A stretch of 64,000 nt of DNA from an uncultured Rhabdochlamydiaceae bacterium (GCA_963712275.1 CAVQHD010000001.1:960001-1024000); one strand, 5' to 3'. Positions 26,899 to 36,835 are shown, counted from the first letter of the stretch. Notes: a model not told the origin generated them from the letters alone. A program made the numbers and translations.

Positions 26899-27612
26899 AT
26901 GGCAACTCTTTCAAATGGAAAAATTGAGTGCCCAATTGCAAGCTGTGAGAGTATGAGTATGACCATTGACAGCCTCCGCAACCCATTTATCGGTTATTTG
27001 GTTGCAAAGGGGATTCAAATCACGATGGAAGAGTTGTTCCCTCCATTAAGAAAATACGAACGATGGGAAATGAAACATGGCCGGACTTATGTCCCAGGCC
27101 CGGCTCGTCCGCCCTACGGTGTTAAACTGCCCAGCCGCTATGAATCTTGTCCAGGACTTTATTGCGAAGAACGGAAAAAAATTCGCCTATGGTATGACCT
27201 GACTTTTAAGTGGAAGACTAGGTCGGAGTTTTACGTCATCCTTGGAAGCACGTTCCCTATTTCGACATTTTTAATTATTTATCATCGGCAAGACCCAGCT
27301 TTTTTAAAAGATCCTTTAATCATTAAAATGCTCTTTTATACCACAATAACGTTAGGCATCCACATGCTTCAGCGAGGAGCTTATCTTCTAATGAAAAGTT
27401 GTATCTGTCCTTTTCTGCCGGTCGTCATTCAAAATATTGTCAGCAGAATTCTAAAAGTTGTAGAGCCTGCAAAAGTCATTTTTGAAGGAGAGTGGGAAAA
27501 AGAGGATGGAGAGCCCGTTATTGATTTTTACATCGAACCTGAAGGCGAGCTTAGCTTTGGATACCATTGGGAAGACAGAACGCGGCATCCTGATTGGGAG
27601 CCCGCATGGTAA
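26899..27612 (+). CDS. Hypothetical membrane protein, copy 2 (native start 26953, or fused to the start of the deleted U-box gene at 26899)
   Basis: Near-identical to 20896-21555; MATLSN leader joined in frame by a deletion. Confidence 0.75.
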   Translation: MATLSNGKIECPIASCESMSMTIDSLRNPFIGYLVAKGIQITMEELFPPLRKYERWEMKHGRTYVPGPARPPYGVKLPSRYESCPGLYCEERKKIRLWYDLTFKWKTRSEFYVILGSTFPISTFLIIYHRQDPAFLKDPLIIKMLFYTTITLGIHMLQRGAYLLMKSCICPFLPVVIQNIVSRILKVVEPAKVIFEGEWEKEDGEPVIDFYIEPEGELSFGYHWEDRTRHPDWEPAW

Positions 27613-27691
27613 TTTTTTAGATATTTAAATCATTTGAAAATGATTGGAACTCAATATCTATGTTATTAACATAGAGCATGTTGAGTCCTTT

Positions 27692-27734
27692 CACGCAAGA
27701 TTTTCTTGCGTGGAGGTGCAATCTCTGCTACAAT
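27692..27734 (+). promoter_or_regulatory. Promoter with overlapping palindromic operator
   Basis: TTGCGT-N17-TACAAT with extended TG; palindrome CACGCAAGA-ttt-TCTTGCGTG covers the -35. Confidence 0.6.
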
Positions 27735-27771
27735 TGAGTCTAAAAGCATTAAAATCTTGCATAAGGGTGTC

Positions 27772-28887
27772 ATGGTTCATATGAAACTGAAAATTGGCCA
27801 AAGCATCAAAAAAGCTAGAGAACTAAGGGGATTAGAGCAAAAAGATCTTGCTGAGGCCATGGGCTTGGCGCGGCAAAGCATTAGCGATATCGAATTAGGA
27901 AAGCGTGAACTCAAAGCATTAGAGCTTTATGCAATTGCGCGTATCCTATGTGTAAGTCCTGATAATCTACTTGGACAGGATAACATGCAAATAGAGGAGA
28001 ACTTATCTGTTCTCTGGCGTCAAAAACCCACCCATAATGAAAAGGCAGCCGTATTGAAATTTGCAGCTAAATGTGAAGATTACTGTTGGATTGAACAATT
28101 AGTTTGTGGATCAAACAACCAGACTAAGATCGTAAAAAATTTGCCGAATATACCTCTCAATATAGAACATTTTACCTTTGAAAATGCTTATGGGTTAGCC
28201 GAACGTGTCAGAAGTGAGATGTCCTTAGGGGATTTCCCAGCTTCTCAGCTGATCAATGTTCTAGAAGATTTTTATAATGTTAAATTCATTGTTGATGATA
28301 AATGCGAAGCTTCTGCAGCTTCTTCTAGGTCTTCCAAGGGGTTATTTACCTTAATCAACGGCAAGAACATTGAACCACGACAACACTTTAGTATTGCTCA
28401 CGAATTATTTCATTTGCTTACTTGGGATGATGAATTATTGCTCACAGTTAAAAAAGACGATAAGTTACATAGCAAAAATGAACAGCTAGCTGATGCGTTT
28501 GCTGCAGGACTTCTCATTCCTCAAGAAAAATTGCGTGCAGAAATTTCAAGGATTTGTGGGAAAAATATTATTACTTCAGTTGACGTTATGGCTTTAGCAG
28601 AGCAGTTTCGTGTATCAGGCTTGGCTATGCTTAATCGAATCTATCATTTAAAATTACTACCTAAGAGCCAATTTGAAGAAATGAAAACCCAATTGCCAGG
28701 GAGGACTCTTCGTAAAGATGTAATATCACTTGTACATCGATTAAGAAGCAAGTTTGTACAGCTTGTTTATTTAGCTTACGAACGTACCCAAATTTCAAGA
28801 GCAAAGGCTGCGAAGCTGCTAGGAGTAGACCTAAGTGACTTATCGGATTTGTTTCTAGAGTATGAGCTACTCGAAATACATGGCTGA
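27772..28887 (+). CDS. XRE-family HTH regulator fused to an ImmA/IrrE (M78) metallopeptidase
   Basis: IKKARELRGLEQKDLAEAMGLARQSISDIELGKR; FSIAHELFH; EQLADAFAAGLLIP; C-terminal ISRAKAAKLLG; start 27772 or 27781. Confidence 0.88.
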   Translation: MVHMKLKIGQSIKKARELRGLEQKDLAEAMGLARQSISDIELGKRELKALELYAIARILCVSPDNLLGQDNMQIEENLSVLWRQKPTHNEKAAVLKFAAKCEDYCWIEQLVCGSNNQTKIVKNLPNIPLNIEHFTFENAYGLAERVRSEMSLGDFPASQLINVLEDFYNVKFIVDDKCEASAASSRSSKGLFTLINGKNIEPRQHFSIAHELFHLLTWDDELLLTVKKDDKLHSKNEQLADAFAAGLLIPQEKLRAEISRICGKNIITSVDVMALAEQFRVSGLAMLNRIYHLKLLPKSQFEEMKTQLPGRTLRKDVISLVHRLRSKFVQLVYLAYERTQISRAKAAKLLGVDLSDLSDLFLEYELLEIHG

Positions 28888-29419
28888 TATGCGTTCGAAA
28901 ATTATCATTCCAGATGCGCAAGTGATCATTGATTTACATCGACTCTCCTTATGGAAGCATGTCATCCGGACCTTTGATATTGGAATCACACCAATCATTG
29001 TTCAAGAATCGCGTTTTTATAAGGATAGCCAGGAGAAAAAAATACCTATCCTTCTAAAGGATGATATCGAAGCTAAGTCAATACGTGTTATAGAGACGTC
29101 CATGGGACAGATAGCACATTTGTATACTTTTTTTCATCCGAACATCCAATCTCCCCTAGACCCTGGCGAATTGGAGGCGATAGCCTTTCTCAAAAGTCAA
29201 AAGGTGGATGATCATCTCTTTGTATCAGGTGATGCGCTTGCAATAAAGTACATAGGCGCTCTTGGATTAAGGCATCGTTCAATTTCTTTGCAAAAACTGT
29301 TCGAGCTACGTGGTATTAAGGCCAAACTTGAACACAAATACTATGACAGTAGGTTTCAGACAATGCTCGATGAAGGGTTTCGAGACTCTCAATTTTTAAT
29401 TCGAAAGCCTGCAAAGTGA
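28880..29419 (+). CDS. PIN-like domain protein (putative toxin/nuclease)
   Basis: IIIPDAQVIIDL, LDPGELEAIA, FVSGDALA acidic pattern; translationally coupled to the XRE gene. Confidence 0.7.
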   Translation: MADMRSKIIIPDAQVIIDLHRLSLWKHVIRTFDIGITPIIVQESRFYKDSQEKKIPILLKDDIEAKSIRVIETSMGQIAHLYTFFHPNIQSPLDPGELEAIAFLKSQKVDDHLFVSGDALAIKYIGALGLRHRSISLQKLFELRGIKAKLEHKYYDSRFQTMLDEGFRDSQFLIRKPAK

Positions 29420-29428
29420 TTCAAATCC

Positions 29429-29839
29429 TTACCACTTAGTAGTGTACTTTTGATCCAGCAGTCCCAAGATCATCGCATGCTTGAGAGCTATTGAACATCC
29501 GAACTCAGGCTCTTGGGGAGGTGTATATGTCATACGAGTTAGAGCTGTAAGCTGATAAAGAGAGCAGCAATTTTCCGGGGATTCAACGAGATTCGTTAAA
29601 GGAGTAAATACTTTTTCTGCGAGAAACTTTGCCAGCTGTTTTGAATCTTCTGTTATTTCTAAACCTCTTTTCACAGATACAACTCTACGCGCAATGAAAT
29701 CTGTACTAACAGCGCCTTCATAGCCTTCTACGGTTACGATGTCATTTACCCACCCGAGTTTAACATTGACATTGTGTGCAAAAACCTCATTGAGGTCAGC
29801 AACGGATTTTGCTTTTGTAATAACCTGAGATAAGTCCAT
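29429..29839 (-). CDS. Hypothetical protein
   Basis: AGGAGG RBS before MDLSQV (ATG 29839). Confidence 0.65.
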   Translation of the reverse strand: MDLSQVITKAKSVADLNEVFAHNVNVKLGWVNDIVTVEGYEGAVSTDFIARRVVSVKRGLEITEDSKQLAKFLAEKVFTPLTNLVESPENCCSLYQLTALTRMTYTPPQEPEFGCSIALKHAMILGLLDQKYTTKW

Positions 29840-29946
29840 TTTTTTCCTCCTTGTTAGAGATGAGACTTCACAATTTAGCACCACGGAAAATTCTTGTAAA
29901 ATTTCTTAGAGAAAGAATAATATTTTTGTATTCAATGGAGTGAATT

Positions 29947-30153
29947 ATGTCATCAAGGAGTGGATGGGATCTCAGTACAGATGTCATGGGTCGGAAGTGG
30001 GGGTGGCCCCAAAGTGCAAGATCATCTATTTCTAAAAAAGAAGGAGAACCCAGTCTTCTCTCACGAGTTCCACCTGAAATCTTAGTTAGAATTTTCGCGG
30101 GCTTTAACCGAAATGAATTGATCAGTTTCCCCAATAATTTCCCTATCGTATAA
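29947..30153 (+). pseudogene. Truncated F-box-like ORF
   Basis: [24 protein letters not shown] matches the F-box core; runs antisense into the oppF 3' end. Confidence 0.45.
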
Positions 30154-31074
30154 ATGACAAGCGACTTTTTGTCCTGACGGATGAGTTTTGAGCTTTGGAC
30201 ACACCAACTTGCAGAGGGGCATTGCATGGGGGCATCGGGGGTGGAAAGCACACCCTGTCGGAGGATGGATGGGACTGGGAGGGTCTCCGTGCAAGATGGA
30301 GCGGGGAGGGCGGCCTCTTTCTGAAGGATCGATAGATGGAATGGCTGCGATAAGGGCCTGGGTGTAAGGATGCTTGGGCTGAGAGAAGACGAGGGAAGCA
30401 GGACCTTGTTCCACAATCTTGCCAAGATACATCACGGCAACCTGGTCCGCGATATATTTAACCATCCGTAAATCGTGGGAGATGAAAAGATAGGTGAGGC
30501 CGAACTTATGTTGGAGCTCTTTGAGAAGATTGACAATTTGGGCTTGTACAGAGACGTCGAGTGCGGCAATTGGTTCATCGCAGACTAAAAAGCGAGGGTT
30601 GGAGATGAGGGCCCTTGCAATTCCAATGCGCTGTCTTTGCCCTCCGCTAAATTCATGCGGATATCTGAACCGGTGGTCGGGGTTAAGCCCGACTTGCTGA
30701 AAAGCCTCTATGATTCGGCGGGGAGAGATGTCCATTCCATGGATCGTTAAGGGCTCTGAAACGATTCCTTCTGCAGTCATTCGGGGATTTAAGGAAGCGT
30801 AAGGATCTTGAAAAATCATCTGCGCTTCTTGCCGCCATTTTTTAAGCTCGCGGGAAGAGAGAGAAAATAGATCGACTTGATTGAAGCGCACAGTTCCAGA
30901 GGTGGGTTCGATAAGCCGCAGGAGAAGACGGCCGAGTGTCGACTTCCCACATCCGCTTTCTCCCACAATGGCTACGGTTTCTCCTTCCTTAATCTCGAGT
31001 GATACATCGCTGACAGCTGTTAAAAGACCTTTGGATGTCGTGAATTGTTTTGTGAGGTTGCGAATAGAGATCAT
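30082..31074 (-). CDS. oppF: Oligopeptide ABC transporter ATP-binding subunit
   Basis: [32 protein letters not shown]. Confidence 0.9.
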   Translation of the reverse strand: MISIRNLTKQFTTSKGLLTAVSDVSLEIKEGETVAIVGESGCGKSTLGRLLLRLIEPTSGTVRFNQVDLFSLSSRELKKWRQEAQMIFQDPYASLNPRMTAEGIVSEPLTIHGMDISPRRIIEAFQQVGLNPDHRFRYPHEFSGGQRQRIGIARALISNPRFLVCDEPIAALDVSVQAQIVNLLKELQHKFGLTYLFISHDLRMVKYIADQVAVMYLGKIVEQGPASLVFSQPKHPYTQALIAAIPSIDPSERGRPPRSILHGDPPSPIHPPTGCAFHPRCPHAMPLCKLVCPKLKTHPSGQKVACHLYDREIIGETDQFISVKARENSN

Positions 31075-32024
31075 TTGTTTTTCACCGGTTGCTTCAGCCA
31101 GCAGAGGCTCTTATGGCGGACGCCCGTCGTAAAAAGGGGAGGTTCCTCCTCTCTGCACTGAGAATGAACATACGGGCACCGCGGGGCAAAGGCGCACCCT
31201 TTAATAGGTGTGGAAAGATCGGGGGGCGATCCTGGGATTGCCGCGAGAGTACGGGAAGCAAAGGTGGGAATGGATTTTAGAAGCTGCTCTGTGTAAGGGT
31301 GTGCAGGGGCTGCAAAGAGCTCATCGATGGGAGCGTCTTCGACGATTTGTCCTGCGTACATTACAATCACACGGTCGCAAAAGGAGGCCACAAGGCTTAA
31401 GTCATGCGAGACGAGGATGGTAGTTTTGTTTTTTTGCAGGGTGGAGAGTAATTGCATGATTTGCGCTTGAATGGTTGTGTCTAAAGCTGTTGTGGGTTCA
31501 TCGGCAATTAGAAGGGAGGGCTCTGCTACAAGAGCAAGAGCGATTAAAACCCTTTGGCGAAGTCCTCCGCTGAGCAGGTGAGGATATTGTGTTAGCCGAA
31601 GCTCAGGTTCTGCGACACCTACCTGCTTGAGCAGCTCTAGAGCTTTTTCTGCTGCTTCGCTTTTTGTGGTTTTAGGAAAATGCCTTCGATACCCTTCTGC
31701 AATCTGCGCCCCAATTTTTTGCGTGGGGTTGAGAAACGTCATAGGGTCTTGAAACACCATTGCAATTTCCTTTCCTCGAACCTTTTGCATCTCGCGGTCT
31801 GTCAGACTTGAAAGAAGCCTATCCTGGTAGTGGATCGTGCCTCCAGAGAGGGTCATCGAGGAGGGTAGCAGCTGCATAATCGATCGCATGAGAACTGTTT
31901 TTCCGCTTCCCGACTCGCCCACAATTCCTAATCTTTCACCTTCGTTGAGTGAAAAGCTCACATTCCGAATCACCGGCCCTGTTTTGACTTGAATTTGAAG
32001 ATTTTGAACTTCGAGAAGGGTCAT
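31071..32024 (-). CDS. oppD: Oligopeptide ABC transporter ATP-binding subunit
   Basis: GESGSGKT, FQDPM, LSGGLRQR, DEPTTALD. Confidence 0.9.
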   Translation of the reverse strand: MTLLEVQNLQIQVKTGPVIRNVSFSLNEGERLGIVGESGSGKTVLMRSIMQLLPSSMTLSGGTIHYQDRLLSSLTDREMQKVRGKEIAMVFQDPMTFLNPTQKIGAQIAEGYRRHFPKTTKSEAAEKALELLKQVGVAEPELRLTQYPHLLSGGLRQRVLIALALVAEPSLLIADEPTTALDTTIQAQIMQLLSTLQKNKTTILVSHDLSLVASFCDRVIVMYAGQIVEDAPIDELFAAPAHPYTEQLLKSIPTFASRTLAAIPGSPPDLSTPIKGCAFAPRCPYVHSQCREEEPPLFTTGVRHKSLCWLKQPVKNK

Positions 32025-32875
32025 AACTTAATTCTCGGGTCGAAGGCATCGCGAATTCCATCTCCGACCAGGTTAAAACAAAGCATCGTGGCGCTAATCA
32101 AAAAAGCTGGAAAAAACAATCTCCAAGGGAAATACCGGAGGGCTGAAAGACCATCGTTTGCCATCGATCCCCAACTTGCAATGGGCGCTTGAACACCAAG
32201 CCCTAAAAAGCTTAAAAAAGCTTCTGCAAAAATCGCCGTTGGGATGGAAAAGGTCATCGTTGTAATAATGGGCCCCATGGCATTTGGAAGCAAATGTCGA
32301 AAAAGGAGCCTAGTTTTTGAAGCTCCTAGAACAATAGCTGCCTGGGCATATTCAAGTTGTTTGAGTCGAAGAATCTCTCCTCGGACAACCCTCGACATGG
32401 GGATCCATCCTGTGAGTGTCAAAGCAATAATAATCGTTGAGAGCCCAGAGCCCATGACGACAGTCAGCAGGATGACGAGCAAAAGATAAGGAATCGAATA
32501 AAAAATATCTGCCGTGCGCATCAAAACCTCATCTCCTTTGTTTCCGCAAAGCCCCGCGATAGATCCATAGACAACTCCGATCACAAGATCAATGGTTGCC
32601 GCCGTCATTCCAACGAACAGTGAAATCCGGGCGCCCCACCAGATCCGTGTAAAAATATCTCGTCCAAGGTCATCGGTTCCAAACCAAAACTGGAGAGAAG
32701 GAGGAAGATTTTTAAGAGGTAAATGGGTTTCATAATAGGGGTAAGGAGAGAGGAAAGGCCCAACGAGAGCCATCATAAAAAGAAATGACAAGATCCAAAG
32801 GGCGCACATCACCTGCTTTTGCGCTCTTAAACGAGCCCACGAGGTGCTCCAATAGGTGGTTGCCTCATTGTCCAT
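32021..32875 (-). CDS. oppC: Oligopeptide ABC transporter permease
   Basis: WFGTDDLGRD, RHLLPN, EAFLSFLGLG, GDGIRDAFDPR. Confidence 0.92.
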   Translation of the reverse strand: MDNEATTYWSTSWARLRAQKQVMCALWILSFLFMMALVGPFLSPYPYYETHLPLKNLPPSLQFWFGTDDLGRDIFTRIWWGARISLFVGMTAATIDLVIGVVYGSIAGLCGNKGDEVLMRTADIFYSIPYLLLVILLTVVMGSGLSTIIIALTLTGWIPMSRVVRGEILRLKQLEYAQAAIVLGASKTRLLFRHLLPNAMGPIITTMTFSIPTAIFAEAFLSFLGLGVQAPIASWGSMANDGLSALRYFPWRLFFPAFLISATMLCFNLVGDGIRDAFDPRIKL

Positions 32876-33794
32876 TTACGGCCCCTTTAATACGAGGGTC
32901 AAGGCATGAGTATAAAATATCGACGATAAAAATACATAGCATCAGAAAGGCACTATAAAAAATTGTCAGCGACATGATAAGAGAATAATCTCGATTAAAA
33001 ACACTTAAGACAAACCATTGCCCCAGTCCTGGAATGCCGAAGATTTTTTCAATGACAAAACTTCCTGTCAGCACATTAGCTGTCAAAGAGCCTAGATAAG
33101 TAACCACAGGGAGGAGGGAATTGCGTAGAGCGTGTTTAAAGATAATCTGAAAGATGGAAAGCCCTTTTGCTTTAGCTGTGAGGATATAGTCTTGCTGAAG
33201 AACTTCAACCATGCTGGAGCGTGTGAGCCTGGCAATCATCGCCATTGGAAGTGCAGAGAGAGACAAAGCGGGGAGAAGGGTGTGCTCAAAAGTGCCCCAC
33301 CGAGCAACAGGTAGCCAATCGAGTTGCATTGAAAAAATATATTGAAGAATGGAGGCTAAAATAAAACTAGGGACTGAAATGCCAAGGACAGCTGCAAACA
33401 TGGTCAGTTGATCTTGCAGCCTGCCTCGTTTTAAAGCAGCTAAGGCCCCAAGCGAGATCCCGCCGCTGATCGCCAGCAAAAGAGCTTCGAGACCCAGCGT
33501 GAGAGAAATCGGAAAGCCATCTCGAATAATGTCATTTGCCGTTCGGCCCAGATATTTCAATGAAGGGCCCAAATCTCCGTGTAAGAGGTTTAGGAGATAA
33601 GTTGCATATTGTTCCCAAAGAGGCTTATCGAGTCCATAATGCCGATGAAGCGCCTGCACGATTTCTAAGGGAATCATCTCTTCATCTAAAAAAGGGTCCC
33701 CTGGAATAGCGTGAGTTAATAAAAAAGTTAGGGTCACAACAACCCATAAAGAGGCGGCAAGAACAACAATTTTTTTTATTAGGTACTTAAACAC
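32865..33794 (-). CDS. oppB: Oligopeptide ABC transporter permease
   Basis: IPGDP, YGLDKPL, DYILTAKAKGL, KHALRN, LDPRI. Confidence 0.92.
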   Translation of the reverse strand: MFKYLIKKIVVLAASLWVVVTLTFLLTHAIPGDPFLDEEMIPLEIVQALHRHYGLDKPLWEQYATYLLNLLHGDLGPSLKYLGRTANDIIRDGFPISLTLGLEALLLAISGGISLGALAALKRGRLQDQLTMFAAVLGISVPSFILASILQYIFSMQLDWLPVARWGTFEHTLLPALSLSALPMAMIARLTRSSMVEVLQQDYILTAKAKGLSIFQIIFKHALRNSLLPVVTYLGSLTANVLTGSFVIEKIFGIPGLGQWFVLSVFNRDYSLIMSLTIFYSAFLMLCIFIVDILYSCLDPRIKGAVNGQ

Positions 33795-33824
33795 AAAAAA
33801 CAGTGTATACTTCTAAAAGTATAT

Positions 33825-35210
33825 ATGAAAAGGGTTAAAGATCTTAAGAATAAAATTCACCTGACAAGCCTAGGCTGTGCCAGAAATCTTGTCGATAGCG
33901 AGGTGATGCTGGGCCTCCTTCTGAAAGCAGGGTATCAGCCGACAGAAAAACTTGAAGAGGCCGACTTCCTCATTGTGAATACATGTGGTTTTTTGGCCGA
34001 GTCAAGGCAAGAGTCTTGCGATACGATTGACGCTCTTCTTCGAGACCGTAAAAAAGGGGGCAAGGTCATTGTTGCAGGATGCATGGTGCAAAAATATGGA
34101 CCTGAAATCCGAAGCCGCTTTCCCGATGTCCACTATTTCCTCGGGTCGGGAGATATGGAAAAAATTTTAGAGGCTGTAGGGACACTAGAGCCGGGAGAGA
34201 CCATTTCATCTGCCCGCAGCTACCTCGAATGGGGTGAAATTCCCCGGCAATTATCGACTCCGAAATCTTATGCTTATCTTAAGATCGCTGAAGGGTGTAT
34301 GAAGAGGTGCTCGTTTTGTATCATCCCTTCGATTAAAGGGCCGCTTCGTTCAAAGGGGGAGGCTCAAATCGTCAAAGAGTTTCATGCTCTTCTTTCTCAA
34401 GGGATTCATGAAGTGATTTTGATTGCGCAAGATTTAGGCGACTATGGAAAAGATCGGAGAGAAAAAGAGGCTTTGACACACCTTTTAAGAGAGATGTTGA
34501 AGAGTGATAAAAAATTCTGGATTCGCCTTCTGTACCTCTATCCCGATGAAATCACCCCTGACATGATGGACCTTTTGGAAGAAGACCCCCGGCTATGCCG
34601 GTATTTTGATATGCCGATTCAACACATTAGCGATCCGATTTTAAAAGCGATGCGAAGAAAAACCTCCCGAAAGCAGATCATTGATACAATCACGGCGTTG
34701 CGAGCCCGTTTTCCGGATATTGTGCTCCGAACAAGCTTAATGGTTGGATTTCCCGGAGAGACAGAAGAGCAGTTCCAAGAGCTGATCGATTTTGTTCAAG
34801 AGTATCCCTTAGATAACGTCGGTATTTTTAAATACTCAAGAGAAGAAGAGTCTCATTCTGCAACACTGCCGGGACATCTTCCCGAAGAGGTTAAACAAAG
34901 ACGATTTGAAGCCTTGGCCAAGGTTCAGCAAGAAGTTGTCGTAAGCCGCCTTCGCCGCTATATTGGGAGAGTCCTCGAAGTTATCGTCGAGGGGCACCAT
35001 CCTGATTCTCCCTACTTGATGAGAGGCCGTTTTTATGGGCAATGTCCTGAGATTGATGGCCTGGTGATCATCACCGATGGAGAGCTTGTGAAATCGTTTG
35101 GAAAATTCTATAACGTTGAAATCACCGATGTCGCAGGGTATGACCTCATCGGCCGCGTGATCAGCCTCTCTTCCAGATCTAAAGCGCGTTTATGTCTCGC
35201 GTCATCTTAA
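33825..35210 (+). CDS. rimO: Ribosomal protein S12 methylthiotransferase
   Basis: SLGCARNLVDSE, NTCGF, YLKIAEGCMKRCSFCIIP radical-SAM motif, PEIDG. Confidence 0.93.
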   Translation: MKRVKDLKNKIHLTSLGCARNLVDSEVMLGLLLKAGYQPTEKLEEADFLIVNTCGFLAESRQESCDTIDALLRDRKKGGKVIVAGCMVQKYGPEIRSRFPDVHYFLGSGDMEKILEAVGTLEPGETISSARSYLEWGEIPRQLSTPKSYAYLKIAEGCMKRCSFCIIPSIKGPLRSKGEAQIVKEFHALLSQGIHEVILIAQDLGDYGKDRREKEALTHLLREMLKSDKKFWIRLLYLYPDEITPDMMDLLEEDPRLCRYFDMPIQHISDPILKAMRRKTSRKQIIDTITALRARFPDIVLRTSLMVGFPGETEEQFQELIDFVQEYPLDNVGIFKYSREEESHSATLPGHLPEEVKQRRFEALAKVQQEVVVSRLRRYIGRVLEVIVEGHHPDSPYLMRGRFYGQCPEIDGLVIITDGELVKSFGKFYNVEITDVAGYDLIGRVISLSSRSKARLCLASS

Positions 35211-36340
35211 AACCTGGGAGAGAAAAGTCGGTTCTCCAAAGGCATCCGTGGATTTTTTCCGGAGCCATTGAATGCCGTCCCGACCATCCACCAGGGCAGA
35301 TGTTTCCAGTCTACTCTTCTCATAGCAATCTGCTGGGACACGGTTATTTCCACCCCACCAATTCCATCGCAGGCCGTCTTCTGAACTTCAGCTCGCAAGA
35401 TCCTCAAAGCTCTCTTAAAGAGCAGATCGATCATGCAATTGCCCTGCGCCAATCCCTCGTCCCAGAATCGGGAAGACGGCTCATCAATGCGGAAGGAGAT
35501 GGACTACCCGGGCTTATTGTTGATCAATATGGAGCGACCCTTGTCGTGCAGATTCACACCGCCGGAATAAACCTCTTAAAACCCCTGATTATGGGCCACC
35601 TAATTTCCCGCCTCCAGCCCGAGGCCATTTACGAAAAATCGACCTCGGCAGCGCGCCATCAAGAAGGGCTTCCCGACATCGAGCAGCTTCTCTATGGTCA
35701 AGAGACCCTTGAAGTCATTATCCAAGAGGGCGGCATCTCTTACATTATCCCGATTCTAGAAGGGCAAAAGACAGGGTTCTTTTTAGATCAGAGGCGTATG
35801 CGGGAAAGAATTATGCATCTATCGCAGGGTAAAAAAGTCCTCAATTGCTTTGGGTATACAGGAGGATTTTCTCTCGCAGCTTTGAAGGGAGGAGCCATTC
35901 ACGTCGACACCGTTGAAATCTCTTCCGACGCTTGCAAACTAGCCGCCAGGCACGCATTTGACCCAAACAGGCACCACATCATTCAGGCCGATGCGTTTCA
36001 ATTCTTAAACTCCAATCCCCTCAACTACGACCTCGTTATTCTAGATCCTCCCGCTTTTGCTAAAAAAAGGGCAGATGTGCCCGCCGCTTCCAAAGGGTAC
36101 CGAGAGATCAACCGATGGGCGTTTGAGAAAATGCCTTCCCGTTCCATTCTACTGACCAGCAGCTGCTCGTCTTACATCGACTCCACCCTCTTCCAGCAAA
36201 TCGTCTTTCAAGCTGCAGCAGGGGCAAAGCGATCCGTCCGCATTCTAGGACGGCACGAGCATGCCTTCGACCACCCCGTTTCGCTCTTCCACCCCGAAGG
36301 GGATTACCTTAAAAGTTTGCTCCTATACATCGATGTGTGA
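35192..36340 (+). CDS. rlmI: RlmI-like class I SAM-dependent rRNA methyltransferase
   Basis: HPWIFSGAI, EGDGLPGL, GQKTGFFLDQR, LDPPAF, HPEGDYLK. Confidence 0.85.
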   Translation: MSRVILKPGREKSVLQRHPWIFSGAIECRPDHPPGQMFPVYSSHSNLLGHGYFHPTNSIAGRLLNFSSQDPQSSLKEQIDHAIALRQSLVPESGRRLINAEGDGLPGLIVDQYGATLVVQIHTAGINLLKPLIMGHLISRLQPEAIYEKSTSAARHQEGLPDIEQLLYGQETLEVIIQEGGISYIIPILEGQKTGFFLDQRRMRERIMHLSQGKKVLNCFGYTGGFSLAALKGGAIHVDTVEISSDACKLAARHAFDPNRHHIIQADAFQFLNSNPLNYDLVILDPPAFAKKRADVPAASKGYREINRWAFEKMPSRSILLTSSCSSYIDSTLFQQIVFQAAAGAKRSVRILGRHEHAFDHPVSLFHPEGDYLKSLLLYIDV

Positions 36341-36362
36341 AGCAGTTAAAAACATTACTTAG

Positions 36363-36534
36363 GAGGTAGCTCGCAAAACTCAGGTTCAGTCGATTTTCGG
36401 GATTATTTTGACCGATTTTCGATCCAAATTGCGGGGGTAATATCGACTTTCAGTATATTACCCCCGCAATTTGGATCGAAAATCGGTCAAAATAATCCCG
36501 AAAATCGACGAACCTGAGTTTTGCGAGCTACCTC
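36363..36534. repeat. 172-bp palindromic element (family A)
   Basis: ~80-bp arms, perfect except one bulged base, around an 11-nt loop. Confidence 0.9.
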
Positions 36535-36764
36535 TTAGGAAAGAGATGGTTTTTGACAGCGCAATATGTAGGCTTTTTTAATCGTAAATCCAAATTTTTC
36601 AGAAAAAGGCTCAACTGAAAAGTCTTTAGGGGATTCTTTAAAACCACCATTTGTCAGAGGGCAAACCTCCTGTAGGAATGGTACCACTGGATCTGTGCTA
36701 TCAAGAATGACAACTCGAGAAAATTGAACAAGCTCAGAATCGCTTCGAAGATTCCTATTCCAAA

Positions 36765-36821
36765 ATCCTGCAATTTACTGTTGCAGGATATTGCCGGATT
36801 TTGCAGGATTGTTGGTATAAC
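36765..36821 (+). promoter_or_regulatory. Repeated operator-like boxes and extended -10
   Basis: ATCCTGCAA inverted to TTGCAGGAT; three 10-bp-spaced TTGC(A/C)GGAT boxes; TGgTATAAC. Confidence 0.5.
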
Positions 36822-36835
36822 ATGGAGCTTTCCCA

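Larger units (their letters stand above)
21573..27618. repeat. Copy 2 of the duplicated cassette (IS-interrupted, U-box gene deleted)
   Basis: Collinear with 14014-21561 apart from the ISAs1 insertion, fewer ankyrin repeats and a ~1-kb deletion. Confidence 0.9.

Noticed and set aside
14150..27618. Diversity-generating retroelement driving repeat variation
   Set aside because: No reverse transcriptase in the window; variants are reused blocks, not adenine-specific changes from a template
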